Positions 36,586 through 49,561 of a stretch of DNA of 55,610 nt are shown one piece after another. Made by a program: the position numbers and the translations under genes. The number at the start of each line of letters is the position of its first letter. Position 1 is the first letter of the stretch. Where the stretch lies: assembly GCF_001194135.2 (NCBI RefSeq), contig NC_068999.1:41577305-41632914 (forward strand), read 5' to 3'. The notes beneath the pieces are model-generated. The model was not told the DNA's origin, made no database searches, and saw only the letters and a program-made list of their open reading frames with translations. This DNA is from Octopus bimaculoides. Lineage: Eukaryota.

Positions 36586-39500
36586 CGTGTGTACATGTGT
36601 GTGTGTGTAGGGAGCTGTTGCCTCTGCTGGCAACAAGGCAACGAGGGAGTTTCTCTCTCTGTCGAGGTGAAAGGCAGATTATATAATGCTTGTATATGAA
36701 ACGCAGTGTTGCATGGGAGCGAAACGCAGGTATTAAATGTGGAAGAGGTGTGGAGAGGTGGGGCGGGGTGGATTGGATGGAAGGAAGGAATGAAGCAAGC
36801 ATGCTCTGTTGGTTGTGTAATGTTAGTGTTGTTTTGTGTGTGTGTGTGTGTGTGTGTGAACAACAGAGTACAAATGAGTTGAGAGAAAATCTGGGTAGAA
36901 ATGGAATCAGATACTACATTCTAGAGAGAAGACAGCCCTGGTACAGGCACAAAAGGTGGTAGTGGTGGTGTGGGTGGGGGGCAGTGTAGGGCAATGTCAG
37001 CAGCCTTGGAGACAGTGGTGGTGGTGGTTATGGTTATATACATGTGCTCTCAAGACCGCACTCACCCAGATATGTGTCCCATCAATAAGAAGGCATTTAA
37101 CTGATATTTTACTCTCCAAAATAATTTGTCAGCATTATATGACATCTGTATATATCAACATCATCATCATCATCGTTTGACATCTGCCATCCATGCTGGC
37201 ATGGGTTGGACGGTTTGACAGGGGCTGGCCAGGTAGAAGACTACACCAAACTTCTGTGTCTGTTTTGGCACAGGCGTTACCTATGTGGAACTGGAGACAG
37301 CTTTCCTCAAGGTGTTGTCACAGGTGTCAATGGCTTTTGTGAACCGCCTCTTGCACTCCATGTACTGATGGTGTATTGCCGTTTTGAGCACCCAGGCTGG
37401 GCATACACAGTATTGAACATGTCACGCCCTACAATCTGGATGTGCTGGATCCACCCACTACCAAAACACATGACAACGACCCATAGACTGTGGTCAAAGT
37501 GCATTTAAGAAATTGACTTTATTAGATTTATTAAAATTTACCTCTGACATAATGAAATTAAAACATATTTCACAGTCACACGTCTCCCATTTCGTTTGCA
37601 GTTCAGTGTATAAGTGAATAGACAAATGTAAGAAAGATGCACTCATCACATCACCTAAGAGTACATATATTATTATTATTTAAAAAAACAGCTTGTTTCA
37701 GCCAGATGCAACTTTGTAGGCTTTACAGGTTTGTCACAGGAACCAAGCTCATGTCTTGTAGTCAGTGTTGCACTTATACATACCATGTTTGTGTGGTTGT
37801 GCATCTGCATGAAAGCGTGGGTGTGTGTGAGTGTATTTCGACGTGATGGAGATGTCTACATGTATGTATGTGCTTCTTTATAAATAGTCTTATGTAAACA
37901 CACAACCAGACACACACACAAACATTGTTGACACAGGCAAGCTTGGAGAAGTCAACATTAAAAGATGATGATAATGATGTTGACATCACATTAACAAAAG
38001 GATACAGATATCTATATGTATATAAGATACGTGTGTGTGTGTGTGTGTGTATGCATGTAGGTATGTATGTGTGTGTGAGTGGCTATGTGGTAAGTAGCAT
38101 GCTTACCAACCACATGGTTCTGGGTTCAGTCCCACTGCATGGCACCTTGGGCAAGTGTCTTCTACTATAGCATTGAACTGACCAAATCCTTGTGAGTGGA
38201 TTTGGTAGACAGAAACTGAAAGAAGCCCGTCGTATATAAATATATATATATATATATATATANNNNNNNNNNNNNNNNNNNNNNNNNNNNNNNNNNNNNN
38301 NNNNNNNNNNNNNNNNNNNNNNNNNNNNNNNNNNNNNNNNNNNNNNNNNNNNNNNNNNNNNNNNNNNNNNNNNNNNNNNNNNNNNNNNNNNNNNNNNNNN
38401 NNNNNNNNNNNNNNNNNNNNNNNNNNNNNNNNNNNNNNNNNNNNNNNNNNNNNNNNNNNNNNNNNNNNNNNNNNNNNNNNNNNNNNNNNNNNNNNNNNNN
38501 NNNNNNNNNNNNNNNNNNNNNNNNNNNNNNNNNNNNNNNNNNNNNNNNNNNNNNNNNNNNNNNNNNNNNNNNNNNNNNNNNNNNNNNNNNNNNNNNNNNN
38601 NNNNNNNNNNNNNNNNNNNNNNNNNNNNNNNNNNNNNNNNNNNNNNNNNNNNNNNNNNNNNNNNNNNNNNNNNNNNNNNNNNNNNNNNNNNNNNNNNNNN
38701 NNNNNNNNNNNNNNNNNNNNNNNNNNNNNNNNNNNNNNNNNNNNNNNNNNNNNNNNNNNNNNNNNNNNNNNNNNNNNNNNNNNNNNNNNNNNNNNNNNNN
38801 NNNNNNNNNTAACAATGGTACAGTTTATGTGAATGCTTATGTTTAGCTGTCTCTTTTGTATGTGGTGGTGGTGGTGGTGGTGGTGGTGGTGGTGGTGAGG
38901 GGTGGGTTTGCTGTGTACATACACACGCCAAGCTATAAATATGCACTCACATATATGTATGGTATGCATGCGTCTATAAGTACAGGTATGCACACTATAA
39001 ATACACAGCCCGTCTTGTTTACTTCGTTGCCACTTCTGAAAAGACTTTGACGTAATGAGAAAATATCTGTCATCTCTTTCTGTCACTTTGCATACTATTC
39101 AACATATTTGCAGATTTGCTGCTGTGCCACACTAAATTGCGACTTGGTATTTTGGTGCATCTCGCTCCATGTGTGCGTGTGTGTGTGCATGTGTGTTCAT
39201 TGTTATTATCATTAAAGGTGATGAGATGGCAGAATTGTGAGCATGCCGAACGAAAGCTTAGTGGCATTTCATCCATGTATTTTTGCATTTTCAGTTCAAA
39301 TTCTGCTGAGGTCGACTTTGCTTGTTTATCTTTCCAGGAGTTGATAAAATAAGTAATTTTAAACACTGGGGTCAATGCAATTGACTTATCCCCACCCCAC
39401 AAAATCCAGGGCTTGTGCCTATAGTAAAAAGAATTATTATTATTACCTCTGCATTAGGTTTTTTATTATGGTGCCGTCATTTACAATCCTGTAAATACCA

Positions 39501-40769
39501 TATATATATATATATATATATATTGTAGAAACTCTGCCAAATCAGATTGGAGCCTGGTATAGCCATCTGGTTCACCAGTCCTCAGTCAAATCGTCCAACC
39601 CATGCTAGCATGGAAGGTGGACGTTAAACGATGATGATGATGATGATGATATATATAAAATACAGAGTGGGCTAAAAGTCATGCACCAAAACATTTGGCC
39701 TTTTATTTATGCTATGTTGTTGGTATTGTTATTAAGGCGGTGAACTGGCAGAACTGTTAGCATGCTGGACAAAATTCTTGTCAGCATTTCGCCTGCCTTT
39801 ACGTTCTGAGTTCAAATTCCACCAACGTCAACTTTGCCTTTCATTATTTCAGGGTCAATAAGTTAAGCACCATTGAAACACTGGGGTCGATGTAATCGAC
39901 TAGTCCCTTCCTCAAAAAACTTCAGGCCTTGTGCCTTGAGTAGAAGGGATTATTATTAGCTCTGCCTTAGCGAAGGTGGAAGTATTGTTTTCAGTCGTAT
40001 TTGTTTGTTTGATTTTCTGTAGACAAGATATTTCAAGAACTGCTGGATGGATTCGAATGAAACTTTCAGATGGGAATTTTTATTTAATGCTACTTTAGTT
40101 GCTTACATCAAAAACGTGTGTACTCGGTATATATGGTAAGTGCAGGAGCCACAATGAGCTGCACCCAAAACATTCCGTAAAGGGGTGAGTGATATCAAGA
40201 ACATACAAACCTGGAAAACATATCAAAAATGAAATGTATGAACAGGGTATAGTCCTTAGCCCATCTAAGGGGGCAGTAACAACAAGTAAGAACTGACTCG
40301 GTTCCTGGAAAAGAAAAAAAAAAAAAAACTTACCTAAATCATGTTGGCATTGGAATGAGGATGTAACATGATGTTGACAACAATGATGGTTTGTGTGTTT
40401 TAGATGATGATGATGATGAAGCTGATGGCTATGATGAGGATGATGATGATGATGATGATGATGATAAATGATTCTTGTGAAACCTAAGACTGTAAAGCAA
40501 TATTGCCAAAACTATATTCTCATCTGTTCTCAATGATGCATGGAAACAACAAAGAAGACAGACAGGTGGTGGGGTGGGGGTGAAGTGTTGGTTGCAGTGG
40601 TGGTGGTGGTGGTGGAGGTGGAGGTGATGGTAGTTGTAGTAGTACTACTACTGATTGAAGTAGTTGGTGTCTTTATAAAACATAAATAACTTAGCTATAA
40701 ACACACACACGCATTTAGTTAGCTGTGTGTGTGTGTGTGTGTAAGTATGTGTGTGTGTGTGTGAAGGTA

Positions 40770-41150
40770 TGGATGTGTTGTAAGAAGTTCGCTTCCCAGC
40801 CACATGGTTCAGGGTCCAGTTTCCACTGTGTGGCACCTTGAGCAATACCCTTGGATCTCCTGCTATACCTTTGGATCAGCGATAGCCTTGTGAGTGGATT
40901 TGTAAAATGGAAACTGAAAGAAGCCCATCGTATATGTGCATGTGTGTTACTGTCTGCTTGCCTTGACATTGCATAATAGTTGTAAACAAGTGTCACCTTC
41001 ATACAAGCAGTTTCCTTCATTTCCAATCTTCCATGAAAACATGTCTGGTCTGGTCTAGTTATGTTGAAGGTTGGTAACAGAAAGGGCATGCTCAGTAGAC
41101 TGCATCTAACCCATAGTCCTTCTTTATGAAGCTTGTGTGATGGCATCAGG
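40770..41150 (+). mobile_element. Composite SINE A + E2 tail
   Basis: A to ~40932, short GT hinge, then cttgccttgacatt...agttgtaaacaag...ggtaacagaaagggcat. Confidence 0.6.
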
Positions 41151-42049
41151 CAGAAACGTACTTGTTTTTGTTACGTAGTGTTGCCACATCATTTTTGTTC
41201 ATTCAGTCAAATTCCAACCCAACATTTGTCTGTTGCAAATCACACATACAATTGACAAAATTGGTTTTCCACTTAAATTTACAAACATAAAAGTATACAA
41301 AGATATTTTCATTTTGCAATATTAGCAAGCATATGTGTGTGTAAAAATTGTTGCTGTTGTTGTTTTTTGCCATCTTGCTGTGAATGTTCAAGTTAATATC
41401 ACTCATATTATCTATCACAAAAGCATTATTTTTTCTCTCCATCTTTGTCAGTTTAATGTTAGCTTTTCTTCTTTTTCCCCCTTTTTCTTTTTCTTATTCT
41501 GTGCTTCTTTTTTCTTATGCTCAAGAATGGTTTATAGTTATTCATATTGATGCTGCTATCACAATGGTGAACTTGCCTTCTTATGACCCCAGTAAACTAT
41601 CCAAAGAGAGAAATCTTATTTTTCATTCTTAGACAAAAGTAGGATTGACACTGGAACTGTTCCAAAGTCTTCTCTTCGTAAAATTATCTGAAACAGCTTT
41701 ATTCCTTCAAATCAAAGCACGAAGAATCCAAATTCTTCAATAGAAATAATTCAAACATGTCCATTTAATTCAAACCACAGTGGTGGTGGTGGTGGCCTTT
41801 TCTGCTATAGGCATGAGGCCTGAATTTTGTGGGGAGGGCACTAGTTGATTACATTGACTCCCACCCTCACCCCCAGCGCTCAACTGGTATTTATTTCATT
41901 GACTCTGAGAGGATGAAAGGCAAAGTCACTTTGGCAACATTTGAACTTAGAATGTAGAGCTGGAAGAATTGTTGCTAAGCATTTCTTACAGCATGCTGGG
42001 GATTCTGCCAGCTTACCACCTTAATAATAATATCAATAATGATAATATC

Positions 42050-42090
<41 letters not shown>

Positions 42091-42531
42091 TAATAATAAT
42101 AATAATATGGGTTCAAGACCCACAAATATTACCAATTAAATTGACTCCAATATTGGATAATTTATTTTATTGATCCCTGAAAAGATGAAAGGCAAAATTA
42201 ATCTCAGTGTTAATAACAATGATAATAACAACAATAACAACAATAATAATAATAATAATAATCTATTATGAGTTCTTAGATAATATATATATATATAGAA
42301 TGGAAAATGATTCCGCAATTCTTTTTGGATCAGTTCCAAAAATATCAAAAGAAACACAGATTGAAGTGGTACGAGTTCTTGATTAATGGAACGATAGATT
42401 TTGTAGATTAAAGGATTACTGAATGTGATATTAAGTGGCAACTGGTGGTGATGATGATGGTGGTGGTGGTAGTGAGGATGTGAAAGTAGTGTTGATGCCT
42501 CTTTCTCTCTAATAATGATGCTTCTCTCTCA

Positions 42532-42564
<33 letters not shown>

Positions 42565-43043
42565 ATATGTATCTCTCAGAATATTCTTCTCTCACTCTTT
42601 TCCTTTCTTTCAGTGTCTTTTTATCTCTTAATCCCAGGCATATGTATGTATGTATTTATGTGTATGTGTGTGTGTATACACACACACACACACACACACA
42701 CTTATGTCGAAATGTATATATATTTATACATACTTGTATGTGTCTGTATGTGTGCTCTCACTCTTTCTCTGTCTCCCTCCATCAATTACTGCCTGTCTTT
42801 CTAATGTTTACTTCAAAGACTTACTTCAAAGAATAATTACAGGCATCTCACCAAAAGGTCAATACATCATATCCTATCAATGGAACTGTCTTCTCTCTAT
42901 AATTAAGATACTGAACTGTCAACAGCTCAGTCCACCTAAGTGTAAACAGGTACCACAATATAGTAAGCATTATACACATTATTGTGTTCATAGCCAAGAC
43001 ACTGGACTCTTAAATGCTTACTCGACCTACTGTAGTGTCAGTA

Positions 43044-43318
43044 CCTTGTGAATGGATTTGGTAGATGGAAACTGAAAGAAGCCTGTCGTATATATGTGTG
43101 TATGTGTGTGTCTTTGTGTCTGTGTTTGTCTCCCCCACTACTGCTTGACAACTGATGTTGGTGTGTTTACGTCCCCGTAACTTAGCGGTTCGGCAAAAGA
43201 GACTGATACAATAAGTACTAGGCTTACAAAGAATAAGTCCTGGGGTCGATTTGTTCAACTAAAGGCGGTGTTCTAGCATGGCCACAGTCAAATCACTGCA
43301 ACAAGTAAAAGAATAAAA
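43044..43318 (+). mobile_element. 5'-truncated composite SINE A+B
   Basis: 3' end of A, hinge, complete B. Similar copies at 47335-47600 and 53290-53600. Confidence 0.75.
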
Positions 43319-43322
43319 GACA

Positions 43323-43457
43323 AAATCCACCCACACTCATTTAAATCCACCAGCGCTTGTACAAATCCACCCACACTCATTTAAATCCACCAGCGCTTGT
43401 ACAAATCCACCCACACTCATTTAAATCCACCAGCGCTTGTACAAATCCACCCACACT
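43323..43457. repeat. 40-bp minisatellite, more than 3 perfect units running into a gap
   Basis: aaatccacccacactcatttaaatccaccagcgcttgtac repeated. Confidence 0.95.
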
Positions 43458-44217
43458 NNNNNNNNNNNNNNNNNNNNNNNNNNNNNNNNNNNNNNNNNNN
43501 NNNNNNNNNNNNNNNNNNNNNNNNNNNNNNNNNNNNNNNNNNNNNNNNNNNNNNNNNNNNNNNNNNNNNNNNNNNNNNNNNNNNNNNNNNNNNNNNNNNN
43601 NNNNNNNNNNNNNNNNNNNNNNNNNNNNNNNNNNNNNNNNNNNNNNNNNNNNNNNNNNNNNNNNNNNNNNNNNNNNNNNNNNNNNNNNNNNNNNNNNNNN
43701 NNNNNNNNNNNNNNNNNNNNNNNNNNNNNNNNNNNNNNNNNNNNNNNNNNNNNNNNNNNNNNNNNNNNNNNNNNNNNNNNNNNNNNNNNNNNNNNNNNNN
43801 NNNNNNNNNNNNNNNNNNNNNNNNNNNNNNNNNNNNNNNNNNNNNNNNNNNNNNNNNNNNNNNNNNNNNNNNNNNNNNNNNNNNNNNNNNNNNNNNNNNN
43901 NNNNNNNNNNNNNNNNNNNNNNNNNNNNNNNNNNNNNNNNNNNNNNNNNNNNNNNNNNNNNNNNNNNNNNNNNNNNNNNNNNNNNNNNNNNNNNNNNNNN
44001 NNNNNNNNNNNNNNNNNNATATGTCAATAAGGATAAAGCACTGCGCCCTCTCCTTCCTCATCCTTTCAAAGTACCGGGTTGTGGTGGTGGTGGTGCTGGT
44101 GGTGGTGCTGGTCGTCGTCTTGGTGGTTGTAGTAGTTGGAATTAATTCGTTATCATTGTTTATATATCTATAAGAGTATGTGTTTATATGTGTGTGTATA
44201 TGTGGTGTGTGTGTGTT

Positions 44218-44505
44218 GTGGCCTTGTGGTTAGGGTGTTGTACTTATGATCACGAGATCGTGGTTTCAATTCCTAGACCGGATGGTGCATTGTGTTCTTG
44301 AACAAAACACTTCATCTCGCGTTGCTCTGTGATCACTTTGACAATTGCCGTGTGGTACAGCGTGCACCTATTAAGGAAATGTCGATTTGATGGAGAAAGT
44401 GAGCTAATGTGCAGAAGGAACATTTCATCATTAGCAACAAATCATTTGTGCAGGTCGTTCTGCAAAAAACTGAACACCTATGCGTTGTCTTTGACAAGAG
44501 AGTCC
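44218..44505 (+). mobile_element. tRNA-derived SINE of a further family (D)
   Basis: A-box tggccttgtggttagg, B-box ggtttcaattcc, then a body with ttgtgttcttgaacaaaacacttcat. Confidence 0.5.
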
Positions 44506-44536
<31 letters not shown>

Positions 44537-45568
44537 CATCATCATCATCATCATCGTTTAACGTCTGCTTTCTATATATATATTGAGAGAGAGAGAGGTA
44601 GACATTCAAATATAAATTAAAAACATCATTAGTGTTGTAAACATTATCGACCACACACACACACTCTATCTATGTGTTTTGCTTGTTTGCCAGTTTGCTG
44701 TGAATTAGCACCGTGGTGATGACTCCCTCAAAGTGCTGAGAGTTAAAACACCTTGAATTTTTAAACAAGGAAGACAACTCACCCCAAATCCCATTCAGGA
44801 ACAATAAACGTCGATATACACATATATATGATGGGCTTCTTTCAGTTTCCATCTTCCAAATCTACTCACAATGCTTCGGTCACTTGAGTCTATAATATAA
44901 GGCGTTAACCAAGGTGCCAGACGGTGGGACTGAACCCAAACTCATGTGATTAGGAAGCTCACTGATTAACCAAACATATATACATTTATTATTCCTGTAC
45001 AGTTTCCCTTTACCAAATTCCACTCCCAAAATATTGGTCCATGGTAAAAGACTCTTGCTCAAGGTTCCACATACTTCAGTTGAAACTTGTCCCCCATAGT
45101 TGTGAAACTGTCTTCCAATCCACAAAGACGAACCGGCATCTTTGATGTATTCCTTACCTGTGTCACTTCACGTTCTGAGTTCAAATTCTGCCTAGGGAAA
45201 CTTCACTTTTTGTCTTTTCAAGGTTTATAACAGGAAGAATCGGTAAAGAGTTACTAGAACTCTATTCCACTGACTATAAACCCCATTCTCAAAGAATTCC
45301 TGCAATTGTGCCAGTGTTAAAAACGATTGTTTATATTATTTTTAACATTGGCAAAATCCCAGGAGATTTTCATTAATGCTCACTTATGCATACATGCATG
45401 CACACACACACACACACACATACACACACATACACATACAAAGTGGTGCACACACACACACAAACATGCACACATGCACATAAAAACACATTTATGAATA
45501 TATACAGCTATTACATAAACACATTTACAACACGCATAATTATATAATTCTCTACACAGGATGGAGGA

Positions 45569-45613
<45 letters not shown>

Positions 45614-45780
45614 TAGGTAGATAGATGGATAGATATTAAATGTATATAATGGATATAACACACATACACACATACTTATAGAAATTTGAATACAGTTCCA
45701 TGCAGATAAGATGCATTCACTTACAAACACACATGCATTAAGTGTGTATGTATTTATATGTGTGAGTGTATATATATATA

Positions 45781-45952
45781 TCATCATCATCATCATCATC
45801 ATCATCATTTAACGTCCGCTTTCCATGCTAGCATGGGTTGGACGATTTGACTGAAGACTGGTGAAACCGGATGGCAACACCAGGCTCCAATCTAAATTTG
45901 GCAGAGTTTCTACAGCTGGATGCCCTTCCTAACGCCAACCACTCAGAGAGTG
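45781..45952 (-). mobile_element. 5'-truncated E1 retroposon with a (GAT)n tail
   Basis: Other copies at 4081-4378, 37158-37270, 44536-44572, 53810-54062 (-) and 39524-39650 (+). Confidence 0.75.
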
Positions 45953-46179
45953 TATATATATATACACACACACACACACACATATTATATATGCATGAGC
46001 ATGCATGTGCCATTAGCAATTACTTCTCTATCTTTGGACTTTTCCCTTTTCTTCTTTCTCCTTTCACCGAGCATCAAGATAACACATTTTTGCGCACATC
46101 TTCACGTTGGTTTTTTTTTCCGTTTTTTTATTTGTTAATTGCAAATGACTATATATATGTGTGTGTGTGTATGTTTGTG

Positions 46180-46222
<43 letters not shown>

Positions 46223-46550
46223 AACTCAAGTCTCACCGAAGGTTCGTTGTGGTTAGCTGTCATATAAAGCCGATTTAAGGGGAAACATGATAACTGCCAA
46301 GATTATGTGTCCCTTTGAAGTCATATAAATATATATATGTGTGTGTGTGTAGGTGTGTGTATATATATCTATATAGATGTGTGTGTGTGTGTGTGTGTAT
46401 ATATGTGTGTGTGTGTGTTTATCTATTTTTCACTCGTTGTTGATGTCCTGTTTTTATTGTGTATTTTTTGGTATTTTGTCCTGTACTCAGCTCTCATGCG
46501 TTTATGTGTTTTTCGCTCATTGGTGATGTCCTATACTTAATGTGTATTTA

Positions 46551-46610
<60 letters not shown>

Positions 46611-48191
46611 TCAACACTCCCATATGCACTGCCAGATCCACTCTTGAGGCTTTAGTCATGAGTGATAAGAATAAACTATTTGCAAGTGAAAGGTGTAATT
46701 TGCATCATACATCAGTGGACAGAAAAGATAATATTTTCCCTTGTATAACGAACCACCTGCTATATCTGGCCATATCGTTAATTTATACTTTTTAATTGTT
46801 ATGATATGAATGACATACTACCAAGCGCGAGGTGTCATCTGCATCAAAGCAGTCATCGAAAGACAGAAAAAGAATGCAATCTTCCCCTCCCCCATCATTC
46901 AGCCTCATATGTGATGTATCCGGCTACCTACTTTATTTGGCCGGCTCGTTATGGAAACCTAACTCAAACAAGAATCATGTGATATTGATTTCTGCATTAT
47001 AAGTTTTTACCTGTGTTAATCAGGTCAGCTGTTTATTAAAAATATACATTCCAGTTGTGTTGTAGTGAGTGAGCTAGCAGCGCCATGCAACTGTATAGTG
47101 TGACATGCATGGAGGAACAAGCTGCTGGAGGATAATTGGTGGGGTGTGGCGGAGATTATGGCATGTCACCTGGAATTGAAGCTAAACACAATGTGCTGTT
47201 GTTGTTGATGTTGTTGTTGTTGCTGTTGTTGTTGTTGTTGTAGTTGTTGCTTAGCTCCAGGTCAGTCAACACAGAGCAGACCTATAATTGAAAACATCCA
47301 GCTGTGACTATCCGGCCTTTGGTATGTGTAGTAAATAGCCATGGGCCAATCAGAAGAAGCCTTGTGAGTGGATTTGATAGACAGAAACTGAAAGAAGCTC
47401 TTCACATGTGTGTATGTGTGGGCGTGTGGGTGGGGTATCTCTGTGTGTCTGTGTGTTTGTCTCCCACCACTGCTTGACAACCAGTGTTGGTATGTTTACA
47501 TCTCCATAACTTGTGATTTGGCAACGAGAGAGAGAGGGAGAGAGACAGAGCAGTGCTCCAGCATGGCCACAGTCCAAAGACTGGAACAAGTAAAATATAA
47601 AAGGAAAGATATCTAGGCTACATTATCCAGTGTATCCTACTTATTTCAAGACAGCAGGATGTAATCTGGCTGCTATTACTAGCATGTTGAGTACTCATCC
47701 AGAAGTTCCCTCAGTGACCTATGACACATATTGTTGCTGTTGTTAGCATTGTTATCAGTGTGTTGTTGTTGTTGTTTGGTGCCATATCAGACCTGATTCA
47801 GCTGACAAATGACCAAAACTGTTCTAATCGTGACCATCCATCCTTTTTTTTTTCTAGACAGGCATGTTTGAGCTGTAAGAAGCTTGCTTCCTAACCACAT
47901 GGTCCTGGGTTCAGTCCCATTGCATGGCACCTTTGGTCAAGTGTCTTCTACTATAGCCTTGGGCTGACCAAAGCTTTGTCAGTAGATGGAAACTGAAAGA
48001 AGCCCATGGTATGTGTGTGGGTGTATCTGTCTGTGTGTGGGTCTGTGTTTGTGTGTGTGTATGTGTATGAGGGATGGGGGTTGTGTTTATGTGTGGGTGT
48101 GTTTATGTGTGGATGTGTGGGTGTGTTTTTGTGTGTATGTACAGATAGTCTGGACTTAGCTCTCAATTTGTTTTATTTTCCTGTTTTCCAG

Positions 48192-48335
48192 CACTATTTC
48201 CTTACATAGACTATGCAGTTCTTGATTGCCCAGACCAACCTGTCGACTTGAACAACTATTTCCCAAACTATGAAATCGTAGGCGGACAACGAAGAGTTAT
48301 TGAACCTGTAAAAACATCCAATGGAATAAGAGCAG
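48192..48335 (+). CDS. Second coding exon ((P)LFPYIDYAVLDCPDQPVDLNNYFPNYEIVGGQRRVIEPVKTSNGIRA)
   Basis: Acceptor ttttcctgttttccag| and donor gcag|gtaaaa; 144 bp, phase 1-1; only this frame is open. Confidence 0.8.
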
Positions 48336-48474
48336 GTAAAAAATAAAACCAATTTATTTGGTTCTTTGTTTCATTTATCAAAGAGTGAGAGATGAGTTTT
48401 GAGATTTTAAAATTATTTTTCGGTTTAGTCAGAAGAAGAACGGTAAAGTGCCCAACCTTTTATAATGCATGTAT

Positions 48475-48678
48475 TTAACCGTTTTGATGCCATCTCACCA
48501 GAGATCATTCCTGGGTCAAACTGATGTAAATTAAAACCTTCGGTCAAAATTCCATGCTGATTTGTTTCAAATACCAGCTGAATGATGATAAAGTTGTTCT
48601 ATTGAATTCTTCATTATTTTAGAAATTAATTGAAACACAGAAATAGACACAATAGAAAGATTGTAACAAACAGGTTAA
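48475..48678. mobile_element. Possible TTAA-bounded MITE of a different family
   Basis: TTAACC...GGTTAA ends about 200 bp apart; no second copy in the window. Confidence 0.3.
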
Positions 48679-48968
48679 ATGCTTTATTCAGATGAGGAAG
48701 GGCCACCTGCACCAGTAATATCTTTATGGCTTATTCAGACAACTTTCAACACTGCTGAATGAAAAAAGTAAAAAAGTAACAACTTGTGTAACCTAAACTG
48801 GATGTAGGGCACTAAACTACTGAATTATTCTCAAACCTGAAGACAAATGGTTCAAATTCTTGAGCAATCCAGGTGGTGGTATTATGCTGAAAAGTTGTCT
48901 GGTAAACTTAACTTCAGCAGGATTTGAACTCAGCAAACAAAGGATCAGAACAAATACTACCAAGCATT

Positions 48969-49129
48969 CTCTCCAATACTCTAGCAACTCTCCAATGCTC
49001 TAGCAACTCTCTGATGCTCTAGCGATTCTCTGATGCTCTAGTGACTCTCCAATGTTCTAGCGACTCTTCAATGCTCTAGCAACTCTCCAATGCTCTAGCA
49101 ACTCTCTGATGCTCTAGCGACTCTCCAAT
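48969..49129. repeat. 19-bp minisatellite, ~8.5 units
   Basis: Unit ctctc(ca/tg)atgctctagc(a/g)a. Confidence 0.92.
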
Positions 49130-49138
49130 TCCCCAGTA

Positions 49139-49353
49139 TTAAACCTTGTTAATGTTCAAATTACTCTGTCAAAGTTAATGCTTATTTATTCACATTGTTT
49201 TGAATTAATCCTGCATTATTTCATAGCATGCTGATTGTTATTTTTAGAATGACATTATAGGATAGGTATAAGAGGCTGAATTTTGCCAGTTTGGACATAG
49301 AACAGGGGAAATATTTGGGCCAGATATGGTCAGTTTAAATTCTAAAGGGTTAA
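49139..49353. mobile_element. piggyBac-like MITE, second copy
   Basis: See 35721-35911; bounded by TTAA on both sides. Confidence 0.55.
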
Positions 49354-49561
49354 GCTAATTTATTGACATGCAACGATATGTTCTTTTTTCTAAAACAGGG
49401 GACACACAGCAATGTCTTTTACTTCAAGTATCATGAACATAGATTATTATGAATTATTAATTTCATCATGTAATTAATATATATAATTAATTTATGGCTA
49501 TTTAACTAATTCTGGTTTCTCTCTTCTTTTTTCTTCCTGTTTCCAATTCAAATATCCTCAG

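Noticed and set aside
43323-43457. CRISPR-like appearance (aaatccacc repeat with alternating spacers)
   Set aside because: The spacers recur identically, the context is eukaryotic and there are no cas genes; this is a minisatellite.
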